From a virus: 64,000 nucleotides of DNA. Position numbers and translations under genes: made by a program. The stretch lies in the IMG/VR virus record IMGVR_UViG_3300030419_007010, positions 1-64,000 of that record, one strand, 5' to 3'. Position 1 is the first letter of the stretch; the number at the start of each line of letters is the position of its first letter. This document shows positions 45,947 through 55,066 of the stretch, piece by piece. The notes below the pieces were generated by a model that saw only the letters and a program-made list of their open reading frames with translations, was not told the DNA's origin and ran no database searches.

Positions 45947-48667
45947 TTAGCTATTATCTTTCGAAAGCTTCGCCTTTAATTCTTCAATTTGCTCTTGCTG
46001 CTCTTTGACAGCTTCAACAAGTACTGAAGTTAACTTAGCATAATCAATACCAAGAGTACCTTGATTTGTTGTAGAAACAACTTCTGGTACAGAGTTCTTC
46101 ATTTCTTGAGCCAAGAAACCGATCTCTTGCTTCTCTGGATTGTGCTTGAATTGGTAAGTTACACCTCTCATCGACATAACCTTGTCAAGAGCGCTATCAA
46201 GGTTCTTGATATCTTTCTTGAGGGTTTCATCAGAATTAAGGACGAACGCATCAGCAGTAACATTTGCACCTTCTGCCAAGTTAAGATCAACTCCCACTTC
46301 AATAGACTCAGAGCTGTTGGTTGTAACAAACTTCAAGTAAGAGTTGTCACCTTCTCTAAAGTCTAGAGCGTTGGAACTGTTGTCAACTAGCCTGGCTCCG
46401 TTTCCGCCTACAAAGTATACATCCTGACCAGAAGCAACACTTAAACCAGTGGAAGCTGTCACCTGGGCCATGATACCAACAACATCGGAGGTCGCGTTAC
46501 CGAGAGTAGTGTTTCCTAATGCTGAGAACGTGTTGCCGTTGGCAACTGTGGTCACTGCATTGAACGTCGCGCCGCCGTCGAAGACAGCTGAATCTGAGAA
46601 AGTGCATGCACCGCCGGCGGCGATGGTGATAGCAGCAGTATCGCTTACTGAACCAATTGTACCGCCGTCTGCTACTGTCATGCTAGAAGCATTAACGTTA
46701 CCACCAGAACTGTAAATTACAGCTTTGTTGTTTACAACGCTATTGGCAGATGAACCATCAAGCAAGTTGAGTTCGCCAGCATCTGAAGTAACGAGTGTAC
46801 CTCCGAGCTTAAGACCATTGGTGCCATCATGTGAGGCAATATCATAGTCATAAGCGCCATCGCTGAAAGTAAGATCGCCGTCGCCGTTCCAGGTCAGCGA
46901 AGCGGCGACGTCAGCGGTACCAATAGTACCAGCAGACTTAATCAAGATATCGTCTTTGAAGGTTACGATACCGGTAGATGCTAAAGTCATGACATCAGCA
47001 ACCGTTGCGTTTCCGATTGTACCGCCGTCTTTGATCTTAATATCGTCTTTGAAAGTTACGATACCGTCTGCAGCAAGCGTCATTGCATCAGCAGAAGTTG
47101 CGTTACCGATTGTACCGCCGTCTTTGATCAAGATATCGTCTTTGAAGGTTACGATACCGTTTGCAGCAAGCGTCATTGCATCAGCAGAAGTTGCGTTACC
47201 GATTGTACCGCCGTCTTTGATCTTAATATCGTCTTTGAAAGTTACGATACCGGCGCTGGAAATTGTCATTGCATCATAGGCACCGTCGGAGCCGATATTA
47301 CCGTCGTTCTTGACAGTAAGGCGGCCAACGAAGTGACCGTCATTGCCGTAGACATCACCAGAGGCTGAAAGGTGGGCCGCGGACGCAGCGGTAGAGCCAC
47401 TAACAACAACACCATTAAGTTCCGAATCCCAAGAAAGGGTACCTGCAGCAGCAGTTGGGCCTTCCATGCCGTCGGGTGATCCGTGACCACCGAAAGCAAT
47501 ACCAGCACCATTGACGTTGCCGCCAGTTGAACCGGAAGCAAGTACGATGTACTTGTCGGCAACTTCTAATGTGTTGACTGTCTTGGTAACACTGTTAATT
47601 GTGTTGACGTCAAGATGATCAACAGCGATATAAGAAGCGCTCAGAGAGCCATTGAGTCTCACATCGTGTGCATAAATGCTTTTGAACAGAAGAGAGTTAG
47701 TTCCTAGATCAACATCGTTGGTAGTAGTCGGCTTAAGAACTCCGTCGACTAGCTGAACTTGCGATGTTCCGGCGATATCAAAGATATGACCAGCGGCATC
47801 ATTAGCTCTATATGTGATCTGACCATCGGCAGTCAAAGCGAGATCGGCATCTGTGCCAGTGCCGTCGGCTGTGGCGATCGTGGAAGCACCATTAGTTGTT
47901 GATGTGATCGAAAGTGTATCACCAGAGCTTGGAGTCATGACGATTGAATCGTCTGTGATAACAGTAGAGCCAACGGTGTAACCTGAAGTAGTAGCAACTG
48001 CGCCGTCGGTACCGACTGTGAACTCGCTGCCATCGGTAGCGAACTCGTCGGCAGTAAGGCTCCCGGCAGCAACAACTACGCCGGCATTGCTAACAGTGAA
48101 TTTGTTGCCGCCGTTGTCAATTTCGATACCACCGTCGAGGTTAGAAAGACCCGTGACAGCAAGAGTGCCAGCAGCGGCAAAGTTCTTGTTTGCTGTTACC
48201 GTCTCAGAGCCGTTACTTGTAGCAAACGTCATGTACGCGGCGTCGGCCTCTTCGATTACTAAAGCCGTGGCCGAGTTGTCCGGGATCTTAACAGATCCGG
48301 CTGATCCGAAGGTGAGTGCTCCGTCACCACCGTTTAGTGTGACATCACCTGAAAATGTCCAATCACCGCTAACAGTCTCGTCAAGGTTGTGACCAAGAAT
48401 ACGAGCTGGTTTTGATAACTCAAGGTTGTCAGTTGATGGCTTTAGAAAGTAAAGACTGCCTGTTAAGCCGGCTTGCACACTGCTTTGTTCCAGATCGGAG
48501 CCAGAAGCAAAAAGTCGAATAACAGAACCAGAAGCTTGCAGCGAACCAACTTGATCCGAAGCAGCGTCAGTTTCACTGTCCCAACGACTTGAAGTTATGT
48601 TTAATTGTAAGACGCTTGCACCAAACTGTGCTACAGTTGGCTTTCCGTCTAGTAATGAATGTCCCAT
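45947..48667 (-). CDS. Tail fibre/spike with C-terminal intramolecular chaperone (peptidase S74)
   Basis: Gly/Thr/Asp-rich repeats; C-terminal SDETLKKDI...GVTY...IGFLAQE...PEVV...GIDYAKLTSVLVEAVKEQQ. Confidence 0.88.
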   Translation of the reverse strand: MGHSLLDGKPTVAQFGASVLQLNITSSRWDSETDAASDQVGSLQASGSVIRLFASGSDLEQSSVQAGLTGSLYFLKPSTDNLELSKPARILGHNLDETVSGDWTFSGDVTLNGGDGALTFGSAGSVKIPDNSATALVIEEADAAYMTFATSNGSETVTANKNFAAAGTLAVTGLSNLDGGIEIDNGGNKFTVSNAGVVVAAGSLTADEFATDGSEFTVGTDGAVATTSGYTVGSTVITDDSIVMTPSSGDTLSITSTTNGASTIATADGTGTDADLALTADGQITYRANDAAGHIFDIAGTSQVQLVDGVLKPTTTNDVDLGTNSLLFKSIYAHDVRLNGSLSASYIAVDHLDVNTINSVTKTVNTLEVADKYIVLASGSTGGNVNGAGIAFGGHGSPDGMEGPTAAAGTLSWDSELNGVVVSGSTAASAAHLSASGDVYGNDGHFVGRLTVKNDGNIGSDGAYDAMTISSAGIVTFKDDIKIKDGGTIGNATSADAMTLAANGIVTFKDDILIKDGGTIGNATSADAMTLAADGIVTFKDDIKIKDGGTIGNATVADVMTLASTGIVTFKDDILIKSAGTIGTADVAASLTWNGDGDLTFSDGAYDYDIASHDGTNGLKLGGTLVTSDAGELNLLDGSSANSVVNNKAVIYSSGGNVNASSMTVADGGTIGSVSDTAAITIAAGGACTFSDSAVFDGGATFNAVTTVANGNTFSALGNTTLGNATSDVVGIMAQVTASTGLSVASGQDVYFVGGNGARLVDNSSNALDFREGDNSYLKFVTTNSSESIEVGVDLNLAEGANVTADAFVLNSDETLKKDIKNLDSALDKVMSMRGVTYQFKHNPEKQEIGFLAQEMKNSVPEVVSTTNQGTLGIDYAKLTSVLVEAVKEQQEQIEELKAKLSKDNS
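46920..47290 (-). repeat. 93-bp (31-aa) tandem repeat, about 4 copies, inside the fibre gene
   Basis: tatcgtctttgaa recurs at 46948, 47041, 47134 and 47227; unit GIVTFKDDIxIKDGGTIGNATSADAMTLAAx. Confidence 0.9.
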
Positions 48668-48810
48668 AAATATTTTCCCCCTATTATATGGTTTATAAAA
48701 TTATGGACAAGACAAAATCATCCTGCCCAAGTTAAGTAGATCTTCACGCGGGAAAAGAAGAAAAATAAAAATGAAAAATATACTGAAAAACTTTATTTAG
48801 AGACGTAAAT

Positions 48811-49716
48811 CTACGTTTTTGTTGATCTATTTAGCTTTAAAAATTTATATAAAAAATTTATATGTTTTTCTTGTTTCTCGATTGTTATTTGTTGTTGCTT
48901 AATAGATTCAACCAATAAGCTGGTTAATCTAGAATAATCCAGACCTGAAGCGTTTTCTTCATCCTCATATGAAACAACTTCTGGAATTACTTTTCCTATC
49001 TCTTCTGCGATAAAACCCATGTCTCGTTTGCCAGATTCTTTCCAGTCAAAATAAACACCTCTTAGCTTCTTTAATTTATTTATAGCGTTATCTATCTCGA
49101 CAATGTTTTCTTTTAGCCTTATAGAACTAGGCGTCATGTACGTTGAAGCTTTTATTGGAGCATATGCAGTTATATTGACTGCTCCAGAAGTGCTCTGGTC
49201 GGATGTTGTCTCAATAAAAGCAAACTCGTCGTCGCTCTCATCCCAAACCAAAGCTTGATTATTTGCACCGCCTCTTTTAAAAATAACACCATGATCGGAA
49301 GTAGAAGCGGTACCGGAGTTATCATATCCGATCAACAAATAATTGTTATTAACGTATGAAATATTACCAGTAATTGTTATTGCATCAGATGAAGCGTTAG
49401 TTGTTATAACTACATTTGCGCCAGCAGTTAGTGTTAAGCTGTCTGTTGCAGAGTCTGCGACCACATCATCTTGGCCGGAGACACTGATTGTTTTAAATAC
49501 ATTACTGCCTCCGCCGGCTGCAGAAGCAATAGTGAGTGTGTCTGTGCGAGCATTTGTAGTTAAGGTAATATTACTTCCGGCAGCGATGTTTAATTTATCT
49601 GCTCCATGATCCGCAATAATATTGCTTTGTCCAGAAACAGCAAGAGCAGCGAATGATCTAATTTTGCCTTGCGCTGTTCTTCCGCGAGAGCCTCTTCTTA
49701 CGCGTCCTCGACCCAT
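48811..49716 (-). CDS. Short fibre protein with S74 chaperone domain and Arg-rich N-terminus
   Basis: Two FxxIxVSGQxxxxAD...AGxNxxxTTNA repeats; SSIRLKENI...GFIAEE...PEVV...LDYSRLTSLLVE. Confidence 0.8.
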   Translation of the reverse strand: MGRGRVRRGSRGRTAQGKIRSFAALAVSGQSNIIADHGADKLNIAAGSNITLTTNARTDTLTIASAAGGGSNVFKTISVSGQDDVVADSATDSLTLTAGANVVITTNASSDAITITGNISYVNNNYLLIGYDNSGTASTSDHGVIFKRGGANNQALVWDESDDEFAFIETTSDQSTSGAVNITAYAPIKASTYMTPSSIRLKENIVEIDNAINKLKKLRGVYFDWKESGKRDMGFIAEEIGKVIPEVVSYEDEENASGLDYSRLTSLLVESIKQQQITIEKQEKHINFLYKFLKLNRSTKT

Positions 49717-50184
49717 TCATTCGTTTTCCTTAATTTCTACTGCTGCATAAAATATAGCTATTGATGTTACAATGCCAGCGACTACTCCGCCGGCCATCCA
49801 CCAATGATTGTAGTCATTGGGGTTATCTTTTAATATGTCTCTTAATCTATTTATCTCGTCGTTCTTTATTTTCAACAAAGAAATATGTTTATCTTCAAGA
49901 GAATCGTGCTGTGCTTGCAGAGTTCCCAACTGTAGATCGTATTGAGCTTTTATCTTTTTAATTTCCAAATCTAGCTCTAGATCATATTTCAATAGTGAAT
50001 ACTTCTTGTCAACATTAATCTTCGCTGCTGCAATAGAATCTAGAAGTATTCCGGAATAAGGAGCTAGTTCGCCTTTGTTTATAGTAGTTAGCTTTCCTTC
50101 TTCTTCGGCATCTTGCGCCAAGACGACAGTAGGCAAGAAGGCCATAACTATAACCATAAATAATGATAATATTCTTTTAGACAT
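49717..50184 (-). CDS. Signal peptide + coiled-coil + C-terminal TM protein (spanin-like candidate); likely start 50184
   Basis: MSKRILSLFMVIVMAFLPTVVLA-QD signal, coiled coil, WWMAGGVVAGIVTSIAIFYAA TM segment; GGAG SD. Confidence 0.5.
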   Translation of the reverse strand: MSKRILSLFMVIVMAFLPTVVLAQDAEEEGKLTTINKGELAPYSGILLDSIAAAKINVDKKYSLLKYDLELDLEIKKIKAQYDLQLGTLQAQHDSLEDKHISLLKIKNDEINRLRDILKDNPNDYNHWWMAGGVVAGIVTSIAIFYAAVEIKENE

Positions 50185-50578
50185 TTTTAACTCCAAATAA
50201 TTTGCTCATCTCTTCTGCTAGTTTATCTGGATTTTCTTTATTCTCTCGAACAACTTTGTCTAGCTCTTTCTTTTTCTTCTTCTCTAGATCGTCGATCTTA
50301 ACATCATATTCTTTTTCTATGTTCTCCAGAATAATTCTGTGCTCTTCGATAAGCATATTTCTTTTTTCAATTTCTTCTTTATGTGTTTTGTTTAATATGT
50401 TGATCTCTTCTCTGTATTTTTGATCAGCTATATCAAACATCTTAATTAATCTTTCGTTGTCTTTGCGAAAAACAATCCACATAGCCAACGTATAAACGAT
50501 AAGTGCTGGGACGTACCAATAATTTTTTAGTACAACCCAGGCTTTTTTAATAGCCAACTTTGTAGCGGGCCATGTCAT
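50177..50578 (-). CDS. N-terminal TM + coiled-coil protein (i-spanin-like candidate); likely start 50578
   Basis: YWYVPALIVYTLAMWIVF then a charged coiled coil; ATGA overlap with the upstream holin-like gene. Confidence 0.5.
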   Translation of the reverse strand: MTWPATKLAIKKAWVVLKNYWYVPALIVYTLAMWIVFRKDNERLIKMFDIADQKYREEINILNKTHKEEIEKRNMLIEEHRIILENIEKEYDVKIDDLEKKKKKELDKVVRENKENPDKLAEEMSKLFGVKNV

Positions 50579-50772
50579 CGACCACTTCTCCACACGGAAG
50601 CGAGGTCGACGGCAGCTTCAGAACCAATGTATACCAGCGAGACCGCTACCCAGTCCTCTGATGTTACGCTGCTAGTTAAAGCTAGACCAGTCGCAGTCAA
50701 CCAAACTAAAAGTTTCCTGCTTGTTAATTTTGATAAAGCTCTATCTAAAAACGCTTTTGCTTCTTCACTCAT
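50575..50772 (-). CDS. Holin-like small membrane protein
   Basis: 65 aa, SRKLLVW followed by two short hydrophobic helices; GGAGG SD; late motif CTAATTA upstream. Confidence 0.55.
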   Translation of the reverse strand: MSEEAKAFLDRALSKLTSRKLLVWLTATGLALTSSVTSEDWVAVSLVYIGSEAAVDLASVWRSGR

Positions 50773-50796
50773 AATATAAACCTCCTTATTATGTAA

Positions 50797-53700
50797 TTAG
50801 AAACTAACATAAGCATATCCGTCCTTTTTCTCAATAATAAGTTGAGAATCTACACAATCTTTCAACGAGTCCAAGTGCGAAATCAATACGACTGTTTTAA
50901 ATTGTGTCTTAACCATGTCCAACATCCTGACAAAGCCTTCCATATTATCTTCGTCAAGCGCAGTACCGGGCTCGTCGAGAATAAATATATCAGACTTTGG
51001 AAGAGTCGAGACATTTAACAGCGCCAAGCGGATGGCCATTGCAGCAATAGTTTTTTCTGCTCCGGAACCCATTTCGATCGGACGTGGATCGTGGCGCGGG
51101 TGTTTAATATGAATATCCAGCTTCTTACCATCTTCTTCAAAGAAAATTTCAAACTCTACAATATTGGTAAGAATTTTAGATATTTCTTCGTTAATGATTG
51201 GAAGCTTTTTCTTAATAATATCATATGATATGCCGTTAGTATGCATGCATCTCAAGTATAAATCAATAGAAGAATATTCATTTTGAAGAGTTATATACTC
51301 TTGTTGTTGTTGCTCTAAATTTTTAACACTCTGTTCCAAAGAGCCGTGAACTTTATAAAGCTCCAAAGTCTCTTCATTGCATTTCTCATATCTATCTTTA
51401 AAATCGACATGTTTATTAAAAGTGTGCTCTTTTTGTTTAATAAGCTCTTCAAGATTTTCTATAGTTTCTTTATTGTCTTCATACTCTCGTTTTTTATCAT
51501 TAAGATCTTTTAAAGCGCTCTGAGTCTTTAAGAGTTTGGTCTTGTTCTTTTCTATCAAAAGTTTGGTGTTGTTGACAGAACGTTGAACTTCGTTTCTCTT
51601 TTCTAAAAGTTTATCATACTTTTCCAGATACTCGTTAATTTTATCTGGCTCCAATGACGAAACTTCTTGTTCCACTTCTTTCTTGAAAAAGCTTAATTCT
51701 TCGATTGAAACCTGTACTTTCCCAATTTCGTTTTTGGATTCATATGCGTCTTTGATAAATTTACAACTAGGAAAACTATCGCCACACGGCACTTCGTCGA
51801 GGAGTTCAATCTTCTCACCATGGTGGCTAAACTTCATTTCCAAGACTTTTAGCTCTTGTTCAAAGTTCTCAATTTTCTTTCTATGTTGCTGAATTAACAA
51901 AGCTTTTTCTTCATATGAAGCATAATCAAAGCTGCTAATGAACTCTTCCATTCTCACGAGAAGGTCCCTGTTGTCGCTCAATCGAGAACTGAATTCAGTG
52001 CTTTGTTCTTTGACAGTCTCAAGAAGCTCTTCTTGTTCATCAATTCTTCGATTCACAAAAGCAATATCAATAATCTCCGCAGGAATTGAATCAATCACAG
52101 AATTTAAGTCATTGATCTTGCCAGCCAGTATTTCAATATCTTTGCTTAAAAGCTCGCATTCTTTCTTTTTTCTCTCCGCAACAATTTCATTTAAGACCAA
52201 TTCTTCGTTAGCTAGTTTAATTTCTTCTTTAAAATCACGACCTTCTAGGCGTTTTAAAGCCGCGCGAATTTCAGAAGCTTCTTCTTTGGCTAACTTAAAC
52301 TTCTTTTCAAACAACTCTAAATCTAGAAATTTAGCTAGAATTTCCTTTCGCCGGGTTGAACCTTCATTAATAAATGAAAGCGAACCTAACTGGCTAGCCA
52401 TTGAAGTCATAAGGAAATCTTCGATGGTTCCAAACACCTTCTTGATATTCTTGTCGGTGTCCATTCGGCTCAAGCCGTTCAATGAATCGACTTCTCCAGT
52501 TGTGTTGTTGCGCTTAACAAAATTAACATCAGTTTTTGCTTCAAGAGTAACTTCACCTTTAAGCTTCTTTGTATATTTTTCAGAAGTTCTCTCAATCAAA
52601 TAAGTGTTATGGCCAACATCAATTTCTATTTCGCCAACACATGATTGTTTATTTTGATTAATAAAGTTAAGATTCTTTCTTACATTCTTCGAAGTTGAGT
52701 TGTATAAAGTGTAAAGAATACTATCAACAATGCTGGACTTTCCTGAATAGTTCTTGCCAAACACGCCCAGAATTCCATGAGAGTTTCCAAAGTCGATTTC
52801 ATTATCTGAACCATAATTGAAAAGATTATCCCACTTCACGCTTCGCAAACGCCAGTTTACGTTTCTTGCAACTTCTTCTTCTTGTTCAGCTAAAGTGTTA
52901 TATCTTTTGTTGAGATCAAAAATAATATCAAGAAGTTCTTCCGGAGTATCATACTCTTCAAGATATCCAGAAATAAGCTTTTCTTGGGTTTTCAGATTTC
53001 TTAAATCTTCTTGGACCAAGTTTTTTGCTAATTCAGATACATTGGCGTTGTCTTCTGCTCTGTTAAGGTAGGTGATAGCTTCTGGCTTAAAACGGTGTTT
53101 AGCTACGTCTATTGCCTTCCTCACGGCATCCAAGGATAAATTACTAGTGGATACCAGCCTTAACCTCGCGCCTTCCGGCAAGGAGGTGTTTTTGGGCATC
53201 CTGCCCTTCTTGGTTAGCTCGATAGTAATAAAGGGCTTTGGATTAGAAATTGGGATATGCTTGACAGTAAACTCTTCTTTGTCTTTGATATCCCAAACCA
53301 AGAAGCCTTTATCGTTTGTCTCGCCGTGATTCTGCTGAATAGTAGAACCTGGATATCTGACTCGACCTTCGGGATCTAATGCCTGATTTGTCTTGTGGAT
53401 ATCACCAAGGAAGGCAAAATCGAAATCCTTAAAGATTGTAATGTTGTCATCAGTGTGTTCTAGTGTCCAACCAATGTCGGTTTTTGAACTAGAGACAGAC
53501 CCGTGATACAAAGCGATATTCACGGCATCTTTATTTGATGGTTTAACCCAATTCTCTCTATCAAAGACGGAAAGCACGTTAAAATAGAAGCCGTCTTTAA
53601 GCTTCATCTCTTGCGAATCTTTTAGGAGATATAGATCGGGGTGATCAAGCGAACGAACAATTGGTGTCAAAGCATCGAGACGGCCACTGTTTTTCAAGTT

Positions 53701-53946
53701 CCCGTCGTGATTACCAAGAATTACAACTGTTGGTGCTATATCAGCTAATGAAGACAGAAACCAGCTGACCATACTGATCATCTCTGGACTCATGTCGGTT
53801 TTTGTGTGAACTAGGTCACCACATATAACGATGTTATCTACTTCTTCTTTTCTTAAAACATCATAAAGCTGTTTGAAAACTGCTCTATATTCAGTATGAT
53901 ATTTTAATTTCCGAATGTGAACATCTGCCAGATGGGCAATGCGCAT
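50797..53946 (-). CDS. Fused Mre11/SbcD nuclease - Rad50/SbcC ATPase (T4 gp47-gp46 fusion)
   Basis: HLADVH, GDLVH, GNHD, YHG, LGDIH phosphoesterase motifs; Walker A GKNYSGKSS, long coiled coil, GSGAE signature, ILDEPGTALD, ISH. Confidence 0.92.
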   Translation of the reverse strand: MRIAHLADVHIRKLKYHTEYRAVFKQLYDVLRKEEVDNIVICGDLVHTKTDMSPEMISMVSWFLSSLADIAPTVVILGNHDGNLKNSGRLDALTPIVRSLDHPDLYLLKDSQEMKLKDGFYFNVLSVFDRENWVKPSNKDAVNIALYHGSVSSSKTDIGWTLEHTDDNITIFKDFDFAFLGDIHKTNQALDPEGRVRYPGSTIQQNHGETNDKGFLVWDIKDKEEFTVKHIPISNPKPFITIELTKKGRMPKNTSLPEGARLRLVSTSNLSLDAVRKAIDVAKHRFKPEAITYLNRAEDNANVSELAKNLVQEDLRNLKTQEKLISGYLEEYDTPEELLDIIFDLNKRYNTLAEQEEEVARNVNWRLRSVKWDNLFNYGSDNEIDFGNSHGILGVFGKNYSGKSSIVDSILYTLYNSTSKNVRKNLNFINQNKQSCVGEIEIDVGHNTYLIERTSEKYTKKLKGEVTLEAKTDVNFVKRNNTTGEVDSLNGLSRMDTDKNIKKVFGTIEDFLMTSMASQLGSLSFINEGSTRRKEILAKFLDLELFEKKFKLAKEEASEIRAALKRLEGRDFKEEIKLANEELVLNEIVAERKKKECELLSKDIEILAGKINDLNSVIDSIPAEIIDIAFVNRRIDEQEELLETVKEQSTEFSSRLSDNRDLLVRMEEFISSFDYASYEEKALLIQQHRKKIENFEQELKVLEMKFSHHGEKIELLDEVPCGDSFPSCKFIKDAYESKNEIGKVQVSIEELSFFKKEVEQEVSSLEPDKINEYLEKYDKLLEKRNEVQRSVNNTKLLIEKNKTKLLKTQSALKDLNDKKREYEDNKETIENLEELIKQKEHTFNKHVDFKDRYEKCNEETLELYKVHGSLEQSVKNLEQQQQEYITLQNEYSSIDLYLRCMHTNGISYDIIKKKLPIINEEISKILTNIVEFEIFFEEDGKKLDIHIKHPRHDPRPIEMGSGAEKTIAAMAIRLALLNVSTLPKSDIFILDEPGTALDEDNMEGFVRMLDMVKTQFKTVVLISHLDSLKDCVDSQLIIEKKDGYAYVSF

Positions 53947-53986
53947 ACTCTTATCCTATATATCTGCTCATTATGAGCCACAATAC

Positions 53987-54015
53987 ATTCTAGCAAATCA
54001 TAAGGGACAAGTCAA
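53987..54015 (-). promoter_or_regulatory. Sigma70-like promoter (extended -10) of the Mre11-Rad50 gene
   Basis: Minus strand TTGACT (54015-54010), 17-nt spacer ending TGC, TAGAAT (53992-53987). Confidence 0.75.
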
Positions 54016-54022
54016 GCTTTTT

Positions 54023-54424
54023 TTAATAACTTGTTGGTCCCGAATTTCTAGTCAATATTGGCTTAGATTCCTCTTTCTCTTGTGCCCAACTTGGAGTTGG
54101 AAAGTTTGGCACGGCTTCTTTACTTTTATCTAGTTTGTTTCCGTAGCCTTGTTCTTCGAGCGCAACTAATGCATCTCGAAGGTTTTGTGCTGCGTCAACA
54201 ACTTGTTCTGGTAATATGTCTAGTGGAAGCTCTTCTAAAATTCTAGAAGCTACTTTAACGTTATTATATACTGCGTCTGGATCTTCTTCTGAAGTGTCCA
54301 TAAGATCTGACGGGCCTAGGCCTTGGGGTTCTGGTGTGACGCCGGTGGCAATAGAGAACGGGCCGATAGTCTCTTTCAGTTCTTCTTTAATGATTTGTTT
54401 TAATCTTGTTTTAGTTATCTTCAT
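54023..54424 (-). CDS. Leader-tagged cargo protein 4 (true start likely ATG 54424)
   Basis: MKITKTRLKQIIKEELKE leader; GAGGAAGAG SD; overlaps the previous gene's end. Confidence 0.75.
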   Translation of the reverse strand: MKITKTRLKQIIKEELKETIGPFSIATGVTPEPQGLGPSDLMDTSEEDPDAVYNNVKVASRILEELPLDILPEQVVDAAQNLRDALVALEEQGYGNKLDKSKEAVPNFPTPSWAQEKEESKPILTRNSGPTSY

Positions 54425-54737
54425 TGATCTCTTCCTCAAGCGGCGCGTGAGCCGGCGTGGATCCGCGGGGGCGTTCGGCGCCGGCGAGAGGTTCTCCAAT
54501 CGATTCTGAGTCTATAAAATAAGAAAGTGTCTCTAGCATATCCCGCACAATTTTCTGAACCTCTTTTTCTGGCATATGAGGATGATTTTGGCGAAGCTTC
54601 ACGGTCAGCGCAGTACCGAGTTCGTGTCTAGTGGCTTCTGTCAAAACTAATTCAGTTTCTTTTTTAGAAGCAGAAGCTTCTACTAGATCTAGTTCTTCTT
54701 TAATAATTTCTTTTAGTCTTGATTTTGTTATTTTCAT
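54411..54737 (-). CDS. Leader-tagged cargo protein 3
   Basis: MKITKSRLKEIIKEELDLVE leader; TAATG coupling to the upstream gene. Confidence 0.75.
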   Translation of the reverse strand: MKITKSRLKEIIKEELDLVEASASKKETELVLTEATRHELGTALTVKLRQNHPHMPEKEVQKIVRDMLETLSYFIDSESIGEPLAGAERPRGSTPAHAPLEEEINEDN

Positions 54738-55066
54738 TATCTGGGAGCCCTATATGTATCTTCACCAGTGCGGGCGAACTCAGCATCACTCTTGGCGAAG
54801 GAACTAAGCCCATGTTTTCGTTTAAACTCTATAGCAATTTCATCAACCATCGTCTTAAGTCTTCCACCAGTAATAGATTTTCGAATTGTTTCTAAAGCCT
54901 CTTCTGCTGAAAGTTTTACTTGATATAACTCGTCGCGACAGGCTTCTACTGATGCTTGTGCGCGCTTCTTGCCAAATAAATCAATCTCGTTGATTTTCTT
55001 TTCAGCCAATACATTAGCTACTTCTTCTTTAATGATCTGTTCTAGTTGTGATTTTGTTATGTTCAT
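54737..55066 (-). CDS. Leader-tagged cargo protein 2
   Basis: MNITKSQLEQIIKEEVANVLAEKKINE leader. Confidence 0.75.
   Translation of the reverse strand: MNITKSQLEQIIKEEVANVLAEKKINEIDLFGKKRAQASVEACRDELYQVKLSAEEALETIRKSITGGRLKTMVDEIAIEFKRKHGLSSFAKSDAEFARTGEDTYRAPR

Noticed and set aside
48700-48730. Imperfect hairpin in the 5' leader of the fibre gene
   Set aside because: It relies on several G-U pairs and there is no further evidence of function.
45947-49716. Possible diversity-generating retroelement target (two fibres with similar C-termini)
   Set aside because: No reverse transcriptase in the window and no adenine-specific template/variable repeat pair seen; the similarity is the ordinary S74 chaperone domain.
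54425-54499. Track-predicted N-terminal extension of ORF 54023-54499
   Set aside because: It overlaps the upstream gene; the ATG at 54424 has an SD and starts the shared leader.
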